Source: Styela clava
Taxonomy: Eukaryota
NCBI RefSeq assembly: GCF_964204865.1
Contig: NC_135255.1
Coordinates: forward strand, 16,058,001-16,122,000
Direction: 5' to 3'
Length of the DNA: 64,000 bases
The notes beneath the pieces are model-generated. The model saw nothing but the letters and a program-made list of their open reading frames with translations, searched no databases and was not told where the DNA came from. Made by a program: the position numbers and the translations under genes. Positions 38,893 through 49,500 of this stretch are shown here, piece by piece (within the stretch, counting starts at the first letter, position 1; each line of letters opens with the position of its first letter).

Positions 38893-38906
38893 GTTGCTAT
38901 GGCAAT
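38893..38906. promoter_or_regulatory. X-box (RFX binding site) upstream of the SAMD15-like gene
   Basis: GTTGCTATGGCAAT matches the GTTGCYATGGCAAC consensus at 13/14 and lies 98 bp upstream of the ATG at 38795. Confidence 0.6.
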
Positions 38907-39470
38907 ATTCGCTATAACGAAAGGACTTTTTTTACTAATCGTCTGTGGGTCTGAAGCAACGACTAACCTAAAGCGATGCTTTATTGAATTTCCTGATTTT
39001 ATTGAAAATATCTGTTTCAATCTTCTGTGCAATACATCAAAATTCATGAATGTTGGAGCTTCAATAAACTCCCGCGTTTCAGATTATTTAGGTAGTAACC
39101 TAAACCGTTTCTAGTCTCAGTTACCTGTATCTACTCGTATTTTCGTTACCGATAAACCAAGTGTAACGTCATTGGCCACCTGCAATTACTTTTCAGTATT
39201 GCTTGTATATGCTTCTAGGCAAAAACTTGGTTTAGAACAAATATTATATACAAAATTTTGATTCCGACATTTCATAATTTATTTAATATCGAAAATGAGG
39301 CTTGTATTTACTCCTACTTTACAAGTGATGGAAAAATTGAAATTGTATCTTTGCACTCACAAAATGTAGTATTTTAAAATTCTGAGCAAATGAATGGAAT
39401 ATTTTGTATACGTATTCAAATATTTTAGTTTACATATAAATCTCATCAAGTTTCATATATATCTTCTTTA

Positions 39471-40574
39471 TTATTTGTAATCGAATGTGGAAGCAGTCAC
39501 TGAATAATGAACTTCGAACATGGATGTTTTGAAAAGTCGAACAATTTGCATGCATATATCTTTAGAGTAGAACACGAGATCTATCACAGAATAAATGAGA
39601 ACAAACAATAATAAAACGTATTCGTTTTTGGCCATTCCAAAATATTGATGTAAAATTAATACCAACGGCCCTATTAGAGAGACATCTAATATCCGCCATT
39701 TACTGCTCGTTAGATGTGCTACTAATAGACGACATGTCTGTTTTGCTGCCACTAAACCATAGTATAAAATGTACAAGAATGGCTGGATCTGATAAACCTT
39801 AGACTTGGAGATATTCGCATATGCAATTATGGCAATGATGAAAATAGTGAATAAAGGTGATAAAACACTGGCATGTTCAACTTTTTTCGCGGTTATTACT
39901 GTGCCAATGAATGTAATTATTGAACCAAAAATTGGAATCAACATCATACTTTGGAGAGGCATGTTTGTAAATGGTATGGTTACTTGCCAAACTTGCGGAC
40001 CGTAGAGCCCAGTCGTAATGAAAATGAAAAACAAAGATAATTCAATTTCATTTACGTCTATTTTCCCCATGTATATCCTGCCTGTGACATACGTGGCCAA
40101 CTGTCCACAGAAGAACGAAGTCACTGATCCCATCAAAATTACGAACATCAAATACGGGAAATTCCCAAGAAACAAAGCACACATAGTCGAAATTAAAATT
40201 AAAACTATTGACAAAGAGTCACAACCGTGATCAAACACCCATTCAATAGGAGATGGCATGCCAGTTCTTCTGTCTTGTTTTCCATCTAAAGCATCCAGAG
40301 TTACGTAAATGAATAATCCTGCAGCATTCAGAAAATAAACCCAAGATGGCGCAGCCTCCACTCCAGTAGGCGAATAGAAAACTGTGATCAGTGTTGTCAT
40401 TATATTGATAAGCAAACCAGCTAGAGTTAAAGCGTTAAATGGAATCCACACCGGGATATGGTTGATTAACCATTCCCAGAAATATTGAAAATATGGATCA
40501 AGAATCGATCTTCCTTCAACGATTCCAACAAACTTTTCCATCCGTTTCAATTGTGCAGGCGTCAATGAATACAT
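39471..40574 (-). CDS. Choline/ethanolamine phosphotransferase-like protein (CEPT1/CHPT1 family), intronless, 367 aa, with altered catalytic motif
   Basis: First ATG at 40574 (the track starts at an upstream TTG). GRSILDPY.Q.FWEWL...NALTLAGL...APSWVY...GLFIYVTLDALDGKQDRRTGMPSPIEWVFDHGCD...TYVTG...IDV.E...AK.TCRLLVAH; multi-pass hydrophobic. Too divergent to assign to CEPT1 or CHPT1. Confidence 0.9.
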   Translation of the reverse strand: MYSLTPAQLKRMEKFVGIVEGRSILDPYFQYFWEWLINHIPVWIPFNALTLAGLLINIMTTLITVFYSPTGVEAAPSWVYFLNAAGLFIYVTLDALDGKQDRRTGMPSPIEWVFDHGCDSLSIVLILISTMCALFLGNFPYLMFVILMGSVTSFFCGQLATYVTGRIYMGKIDVNEIELSLFFIFITTGLYGPQVWQVTIPFTNMPLQSMMLIPIFGSIITFIGTVITAKKVEHASVLSPLFTIFIIAIIAYANISKSKVYQIQPFLYILYYGLVAAKQTCRLLVAHLTSSKWRILDVSLIGPLVLILHQYFGMAKNEYVLLLFVLIYSVIDLVFYSKDICMQIVRLFKTSMFEVHYSVTASTFDYK

Positions 40575-41423
40575 TGTGTGACTGGGAAGTGACTGCAATG
40601 AAACTTTAAAATCATATATTTGCTGACTAGAATTTTATTTATTGCGTAAATGAATCTTGAAAAATACAAAGAAAAACTTATACATGACTGCAATTTTGGT
40701 TTCGTCTGACTTGTGTCATTATGCACCTGTGTTATTTTTACTCAACTTTTTCAAGGTTTATTATTAGATAGCAAGTAGAGTTTTAAAACAAATATTATAG
40801 TCACTAGCCTGTAGGGTTTAATATGTTATTTCTTGTTGTTCGCTGGGTAGTCCTTATCTAATGAGGACACCGCGTACACCGTTTCCGAAGACATGTGTTG
40901 ATTTCGAGTACAAAGTGAACAATTCAAGATAGGCTGACAGCCAGACAAAACACAAGTTACACTGTACGCATGTCAAGGTGTATAAATTAGTCTTTTAGTG
41001 GCCATCCCTCTCATAACAAGTCATTTATATATACTTGTTTTGGTATCTTGAAGGCATGACGCTTTAATGTCATGGTAGCCTACAGACCGTGCGATTGTCT
41101 CTCTTTTATTACCCTGGTTCGATTCTAATTTTAATGTTCGAGTAAGATTAAAAAACACTTTCAAGTTAAAACACGTACAACTGTTAACTAAAGGCAGGTG
41201 AATTAAACCAATATATAGGTTATAAGCCTACCTTTCAAGCCTTATATGTTTTCTCACGTGACATATGTTTCTGTTATTCCCAACTCCCCCCCGCAAACGT
41301 TCGTGTTAAAGAATTTTGTTGTCTTTATCCCCTTTCTTCTATATATTCAATCTTAAAGCATATTATATTCCTATAGAAAATCTCCGCTAACAGAAATACC
41401 CCAAACTCTGCCTCTGTACCAGG

Positions 41424-41558
41424 TGTACTCCAGTAGTGTGTGTACCAGGAGGGGATTAGGCCATAATTTGATTCCGATTTTTCTTATTTTAGTTCTCTTA
41501 CAAGTTACAAGAACAAAAAGAGTTACCTCCATATTGGTAAACACACTTCTGAAGCGCC
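41424..41558 (+). mobile_element. Merlin-like MITE, internally deleted copy
   Basis: TGTACTCCAGTAGTGTGTGTACCA ... TGGTAAACACACTTCTGAAGCGCC. Flanks GTACCAGG / GTTCCAGG (7/8). Confidence 0.75.
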
Positions 41559-42040
41559 GTTCCAGGTACTGAATAAAATATTTTGTGAAGTTTACTGTGT
41601 AGATATACTTTGCTGCATCACAAATTGGAAACTCTTTCTCATGCAACAACAAATTAAGAATGAAGCGTTATATTACTAAATATGATTTACGCATGAATCG
41701 ATTGCAATGATTACGTGTTCGAGTCATCCCAAATAATAATTCATGTAGTTCGTGACTGAGTGATGTTCGCTTTCCCCTACACATTCGTTGGCCCATAAGA
41801 GTTCTGAATAAAATGAATGACGCTAACTCACGATCTTATTGATTAAAGTTTACGCTCAGTCAAGTCATGATGTACAGTTGACGGACCCGACTATGCTTGC
41901 TATTGAACAGTCAATTTTGAATTATTCATCGTCATTTCAGCGTGACATAGTAAAGCACGTAAATTTGTCCAATGATTGAAGCTTTATAGTAGCCGTTCCC
42001 ACAGGGCGCCTCGCGCCGCGCAAGTGCACGATGCAAGTGC

Positions 42041-42760
42041 ATGATGTTTGAATTGGTGATGAGTTCGGTGACGTTTATCTTCTGTGGTCAATGGGAGATG
42101 TACAATATCGGAAAATTGTATGTCGCAAAAATAGACATCAATGAGTTAGTGGTACTTATCTCAACTGTCCTTATCTATGTTATCACTGGCATGTGTGGCC
42201 CTCAGATTAGGATATCAACTATTCCATATATAGATTTGCCCCTCAATATCCTACTATCATTGTCTGTTGCAACTTCAATTGCTTTATCAATGGCTACATT
42301 CATTTGGGTAGTAATGGCGCATATACGTCTTGAACACGCCAGCGTTTTACAACTATTGTTCACCATATTCGTCGTTACGATTCTTACAATAACTAATACC
42401 TCTGAGTCTATGTTTAATTAAAGCAGTATATTTGTTTATATTTCATTCTGTGGTATAGTGGGATCAAAACAGACATCTCATATCTCAGTGACTCATCAAC
42501 CAGTAGCTCATGAAATATATTTGATGTCTCTTTACTGTCACGGTTTGCATTGTATTCAACGTTTTGGAGTAATTGGGAATTACTATGTTTTTCTATGGGC
42601 ATGCTTAACTTGTTCTTTGATAGATATAATCGTATATTTCTCAGTAATTTGCTTGCAAGTTGTTCAGCAATTCCAAACATCTATGTTTGAAGTTCGTTAC
42701 ACAATTTCCGCCTTTACGAACAACCACTATGTACAACATACTCAAAATAAAAACAAGTAA
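42041..42760 (+). pseudogene. Degraded inverted paralogue of the CEPT-like gene (C-terminal ~60%)
   Basis: Frameshifted pieces SVTFIFCGQWEMYNIGKLYVAKIDINE, EHASVLQLLFTIF, GSKQT and ICLQVVQQFQTSMFEVRYTISA align with SVTSFFCGQLATYVTGRIYMGKIDVNE, EHASVLSPLFTIF, AAKQT and ICMQIVRLFKTSMFEVHYSVTA of 39471-40574. Stop at 42419-42421; the catalytic motif region is absent. Confidence 0.85.
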
Positions 42761-43495
42761 ACAATTCTTTGTTTAATGTTATTCGTAAAAGAAGTTAGAG
42801 TAATTATTTCCATCAATTTCGTTTCCTAAAATATGTTGTGTAATCAAATGATTTAAAAAGCTTTTTTTGCATATGTAAAATTTTTATCCGAACAAATAGT
42901 TTTATTCTAAGATTTTACGACAGCATTCAAAACAATTTGTGTAATTGATTGCAAGGCGTTAAGTAAAACCAAAAATAGGAAATTGAAAATTGTTTTATAG
43001 CATCCTTCGACCATCCAGGAAATTCCCTGCCGTGCGTATAGCAATGGAAACGATTATGGTATAGATTTTCGAATTTATGTTTTATGCAATCTTTATTGAA
43101 GGTCTTGAATTGTCTGCCGCGAAAAGCCTAAATTGTCAAACAAACCTTACATACTCACACTAAACACCCACACCTGCCTATGATCTCAATATTATACTCT
43201 TGCGTCGTGATTTCATCGCATCTGTTTGCCAACTATATAAAAAGTGTACTTACTTGATTACGTTTTTATTTGTTGTTATTAGTTTGTTTTGTGAGCAACG
43301 AAATGTGGAAAATCTATGGAGACTTAGGTTTTTGGAGTTAGTGAAGTATTTTCGACGTATTTTTACCATTTGTTTATATTTATTGCATGCTTGTTGTATA
43401 TTTGCCTCATGACAATTATGTATTGAGTGTTGTATGAAAGTAAATGAAGATAAGATTGATTCCTACTGATTTAAACTATGGCGTATGCCGTACGG

Positions 43496-43885
43496 CATCG
43501 TTTTTTAAACTGTGTGCTGCGGAACATTGGTGTTCCGTGAGCTCTTCCAGAGCGCTCCGTGGAATAGGGATCAAGATTGCGACTAAATTGGTCGGACAGG
43601 AAACTTGTCCCCCAACTGGTGACAAACAGGTGGACACCCTAGCTATCTAAACAGGCAGATAGGCCTCGTGTCGGTCTGGAAAGCATGGGATTTTTGTTAA
43701 CCGTTCATATCATTACCCGTCGGCCTAATTTTTTATCTGTCAATTTTATAGCAAAATTTTTAATTTTACAATAGGTGAATTTTTTGGAAATCACCCATCA
43801 ATTTTACCTTAAAATGTCATGGTGTCCCGCGAGGCGAGATAAAAAGAGTAGGCGATGCGAGGCTTGAAAAGTTAGAGAAACGCTG
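43496..43885. mobile_element. Degenerate hAT (Charlie-like) MITE
   Basis: Ends CATCGTTTTTTAAACT...GCGGAACA.TGGTGTTCCGTGAG and AAAGTTAGAGAAACGCTG. TSD not recognisable. Confidence 0.5.
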
Positions 43886-45023
43886 GCGTGTAAAATTGGT
43901 TCGTTGTGGGATGAACGAATGCTTGTCAATCAAGATGTGATAGTTTGTATGTCGACCCTGAATATTTGAAATACTAAACTAACTACATTGACGATTTATG
44001 TATGTCTGCAAACTGCACCATTCTCACATAGACATTAAACTTGACATTAATTACCTCTTTTAAATCTTTGTTAGCTTTATAAAACTGTTTTCTGTGTTTC
44101 AAATGAATCATTCAAATGAATGATTTTAAATGAATCAATTTCACTTAAAATTTCTTTCAATAATCTCAGTAGTCGCATTCACAAATGCTGAATTTTCAAT
44201 GCCAACTTTTTGAAATCTAATCTTGAAAACACTCTGATACTAGAGTAAATCCGTTCTGTGTATTCTCTTTACCTAAGTAAGTATATTTCAATTTTCCGTT
44301 AAAACAATGAGACAATACAAGGCAAAACAAGCAAATATACGGAAAATCAGGAAAGTAGGCAAAATCTGGTAAGATTTAAGACGTGTTGATCCACGTGACC
44401 ACTTACCAAAAACTGCAAACAATAGTTGAAGTAAATTTGGAAAAAAAATCAAAATATATGTAGATATGTTATTACATTTTAGTTACCACGGACCGATATA
44501 ATTTGTACCAACTGTTTTCGGATTTCTGCTTTGTAGACTCAACACCCGAATTAACTCCCGCCACGTGACAGTGGCTGAGCAAGGGTAAGATAGTCCCGAA
44601 ATTTTCAAACCATCATAACTAGAATTGACAATTATTATGATCTTTCAAAATTGCAGCTATATCTTGTTTTGCCAGAAGAAGTAAGACTATATGATCTAAC
44701 GTAAGCTTACATATATATATTTGCTTTTTTGTGGGAAGATATAATGGCAAGTCTAATTTTCAGAGTGCAAGTTTCACCTTACATCAGCAAATGATTCTTT
44801 GAAGATTAAACGAATAATAGGAAAAGAATGCGCAGCGAGGAAGAAATAAAGGGAGCTAAAAAGGGAAGGGAAAATTTCGGAAATTTCCGAAAAATGCTGT
44901 TTCCGATATGACGCGACGCTACGCGAAACTGGGAGATTAATTGATATCGCTAGGTTCGATACGGAAAGTATTTTGTCAGGATTTCGTGTCCATATATTTG
45001 AGCATCGATCTCTTGTTTAGATA

Positions 45024-45209
45024 CAGTGGCCAAAATTTAGGAATGCAAGTCATTGGCGGGCCGCACATGTTTTTAGAAAGTAAAAAACCGAACGGATGAC
45101 CGATGAATCATATTTTTTCACACAGATCATATCTCGAAAAACTGCATTTTAATATTTGCGCCAATAAACCTTTGCACCCGGCCCGCGGGCCGTAGGTTGC
45201 CGACCACTG
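45024..45209. mobile_element. hAT MITE remnant
   Basis: Right end CGGCCCGCGGGCCGTAGGTTGCCGACCACTG has the same TIR as 24966-25848. Left end is degraded. Confidence 0.55.
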
Positions 45210-46002
45210 ACATAAACGATTGTAACACGACTGAGCTTAAAATACAATCAATCAATCCCTCTCAACATTAATTTTAACACTCATCGTTCAAGCATCCTTG
45301 TTGCAACTGACGACATACGGATCCGAAGTAAGAAGTAAAAAAGAGAAAGGAACTGCGGTTTAATATATAAAACCCCAGTAACCTCCCAATAATACAAAAT
45401 TATTATTTCCATATTGTTATTTTATTACAAAAAAGAGAAAGAAATATAAAGACACCAACAAATTAAGACTTTACTGAGTTGTATGTGTAATATATAAACG
45501 GAAATGGAACCTATAATGAAAAAAAAAGAATGATTTTGTGGGCATTCATGCAAATTTTATTAGATGTCATTTTGTAGACTATACGAATACGAAGAACTGG
45601 GAACATTGAAACGAATAACGATGCACAGCCACAACATATGTTTTCCTAAGTGCGTTTGATGTACTGGTGTTTTTGTCTCGATATTAGCTTTATCTCACGC
45701 AGAAATACAGAATGTGGGATGGACAATTTTCAAATTTACTCGGTATATAAGACAATATTCTAAACTCAACATGAATTATTGGTTTTAGAGGGTGTTAAAC
45801 TCTGGAACGCAATAATATATCAATAATGTTATAAGGACTTCGGGATAGTGTTTCAAAAATATTATTTAAAAGACCTGTGATGTTTTGCTTACAATTTTCC
45901 ACGAGATGTAAGTCTGGCAATGAACTGATATGGTTATTTATAGCACGATTGGTTCTGCGTTATTATTGCAGATGTATTGACTTGAATTGTTCGTGTTAGG
46001 TT

Positions 46003-46357
46003 TAGAGCTAAGATCTGAAGCCCGAGTCCATGCCCGACCCGACTCGAAATTCGGACGGGGTCGGGCCAGAAATGTCAATCATTCTATCGCAGACTTTTTT
46101 TTTTAAATGGGGCGATTCGGTCGTGTTTTGGTCACCAGAAACCGTGGTCTGCAAAAAACAGAAGTTGCCTCATCAACACGACACATACTGTACTAAACTC
46201 TCGCAATGACAATTTCACGAACTACTAAATAAAATATGAAATTTCGGGTTTGCTTCGGGCTCGGGCCTGCAAATCCAGTTAATTCGTCGGGTCGGGTTTA
46301 ATACCCACAGGCCTGGGTCGAGTCGGGCTGGAATTTTTGGGCCCGATCTTTCCTCTA
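46003..46357. mobile_element. hAT (Ac-like) MITE with CCCGA/TCGGG subterminal repeats
   Basis: Termini TAGAGCTAAGATC / GATCTTTCCTCTA with many CCCGA and TCGGG units. Flanks GTTAGGTT / GTTTGGTT (7/8). Confidence 0.75.
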
Positions 46358-46566
46358 GTTTGGTTGTCCTTAATGCAAGTCGTTTATATGTATTCAACCG
46401 ATCCCATTTATTGACTTTAAATTTGACTTTATGAAAAGTTTTCCCTTGCATTTACCTAAGCGATTTGTTACAAGTTTTGAGCGTTTCACCTTCATCTTTT
46501 GATGCTTCTCATCTCGTGGAGTGCTTGCGTACCGTTTGTATAATTGTTCATTTGAAATACTGTAAT

Positions 46567-49500
46567 TTACGTATCAATGGACTCATAGTGAACATTTTCA
46601 ATTGTTTTTCCATCGCTTATGACCACTTTACTATCGGTTTCTCCTTTTGTGATCTCATTCAATTTATCATACTTATTCCCATTCGCGTCGCCGTTAAGTA
46701 CAATTTCCGTTGCCGGCAGCGGGCGCTCGTAAGTATAGTTTCCATCGATAGGTATAATGTATGCTTCGGTGTACTGGGCTGTTCCGTCTCGACTTGGAGG
46801 ACCGTTTAATTGCTTGGAGTCTTTCCTCTCAACTACCCAGGTTCGAAGTCTTTTTCTGCAAACAAATTTTAACATTATATTCGTGATTTTTTATTTAATG
46901 CAAATAATCTCTTAATCAAAATAGATTTGTGCTCGCAAATATAATCATAACATTGGTTGAAGTATACTAAAATAAATCATTATTATGATTCTTTTGTACT
47001 CTTTACTGTTACATTATTGACAATTTTTGGCGCTCCAGAAGTATGTGTACCAATTTGGAGGTAACTAATTTAGTTCGCCTACTTTACATCAAGTTGTGTA
47101 AAGGGACTGAAACCTATGGGCAGGGGGTATATTCACTTGGCTAATACAGACAGTCCTGAACTCGTAATAAAAAATAAAATAAGAAAAATCGGAATTAAAT
47201 GATGGCCCAACCCTAACTTGGTACACACACTACGGCAGTAACCATATTGTATCGATTCTACTGTATGACAAATCTTCTGGTGAATATTGATTAAGACAGT
47301 ACTCATATACGATAAAATATTCGACAATTCATAATGCTTCAGAAATGTAGAAATGTACTTTACACCGATTTTTCAACATTAATCAAAGGAAGCAATAATA
47401 TTACCTGAAAATAACAGCAATAACAACAAACAAGAAAATAACAAGCAAGACGACAAGAGTTATTATCAGAATCATATTCGTGTTGCCGGCGTCTTCAGGC
47501 TCCATGGTATCTGATAAAATTTAAAGTTAAGATTATCCGTCAGTCAGTCAGTAGTTTATTTTATCACAAACCGAAAGTACACATTGGAAAAACATAATCA
47601 AGAAAGATAAAAAAAATGCATTTCAGTGTCGAAGGAGACGCGATAAACGAGAGATGGTTATCGTCACCTTTGAGGGAGTATGTCTAACATTAAGTCATAC
47701 TGATAAAGAAGTCAAACATAAAATACTAACAAGCCGGACTTTGAGACACATTCAAGCGACCCGGTATCCCGGAGTCACTCTAGTTAACGTTATTGAATTG
47801 GGAATGTCTGAGTTGTGAATTATGTCTTTTTATTTTGACACCAAAACCATTGGCATATTGGGGACAATATTTGCCAAAATAAAAGTTGTTTGCTCTCGAA
47901 TAAAATGACTATTTTTGAACTTGATTAGGCCTACTTGCTTATAGTACATTTACCTTTCGCTATTTTTGTGCTCGCTGTGATCCTAGTAGTAGTTGTACTT
48001 TTAGTTTTTGCTGTTTGTAACGTTCTTTTTTCGATATATTCCGTACTCGATATATGCGTTGTTGTTGTTCGGGCTGTGGGGGTGGTGACAGGAGTCGCCG
48101 TTGTGGTTGTGACAGTAGAAGGAGTTGTGCCAGAGTCTGTTCCCGCTGCACTTACGTTGTAGGTCATTGATATGGCACCGGGAGACACTGTGTGAACAGA
48201 GAAATGTTTTGTTTTGGGATTTTTATGAAGAAAGTTATTTGAAGAGAAAAGAAGCCAACGTCAGCATCTTGTTTATGTTGTTTCAGATTATCAAGGTTCG
48301 TCAAGATGGCATTTACACTATCGTTTTGTGGGTGATGACTAACATTACATGAGGCGAATAACCACACATATCATTTCTGTGGGTATGAGATAGACAACTT
48401 GTTTATGTAAAAGTACATTTAAACTTGAGATGATTATCAGGATTTTCACGGCATAACCACATCTTTTGGCCTTGGTATCCTGTTTGATACGCATATGCGT
48501 GACTCATTTTGTTTTGGTTTGTATATCACAACTTACGAAAGGTAATTTTTGCATTGTATACACAAAGCCGATGTTTGAATTGGACCGTACAGAATTTTCA
48601 AACTTTTTTCCGCTAGGCTTTTATTTTTTTTTTCAGTTTGAAAATTTACTCAAATTGATTTGCTAAATTCCGCGAAAATCCGCCTAGGATGATCAGCCTG
48701 GCACAAATACATAAAACGAACAAATTGTCATAGAATTATCTTTATTCAATTCGATGCAATCAAAGTCTTTATTTGCGTTAAGCTAGCAGAGCATTTCAAA
48801 AACAAACCCACATGGTTGGAATGAAATTCGAACTATTGTGAAAGGATAGGATTTACATATTTATCCCGGGGAAGAGGAATGTCGATAAGACGACCTAATC
48901 ATATAGCGAACCACGGCCTCTCGTCCGGTTTCTAGTCCATGTCGGGTATGGGATTAGTTAGCCAGTTAGTTTTTTCAGATGTATGGACATGGATAGGAAA
49001 TAAAAAGTTCAACTTTACCTGTAGTCGTAGTAGACTGAGTAGTTAGCGGCGCGCTGCAGTCAACGAACTTATAATCCAATTTAAATCCAGCTTTTGTGAA
49101 GTCGGCTTCCTCAGTTTGAAATGATATATCCAAAGGCCAGGTTGAGTGGACAAGTGAATGACAAGTCGGATATTCCATCAATATTTTGCGATGGCAATCC
49201 AGGTTTGAACTGTATTTCATGAGAATAGCGAGACAGACAGGTCCTTCCTTTCCACATGCTCGAACTGTAAAGATGGGGTTTAGATTAATTAAAAATGGTT
49301 GTCGTAGATGTTTGCCCAGCTTCGTAGGCCTAAAGGTGCCCTTCGATATTGTTTAGTTTGGAAAATTGAACTGAAATACTGTAATCTTGAACCCATTTTG
49401 GGCCTCTGGTTAAAGAATTCAAATCGGGCAATTTTTCGGAGCCAACAAGTCTGACTCATTTAACGTGAACAACTTAATATTTATTTTTACCTGGCCCTAG

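Noticed and set aside
38796-39470. CEPT-like and SAMD15-like genes as an operon
   Set aside because: Co-directional and close, but the 675-bp gap contains its own X-box and CCAAT motifs, which favours an independent promoter.
45690-45830. Possible ancient LINE RT 3' fragment (GVKLWN)
   Set aside because: Only one short motif; boundaries cannot be defined.
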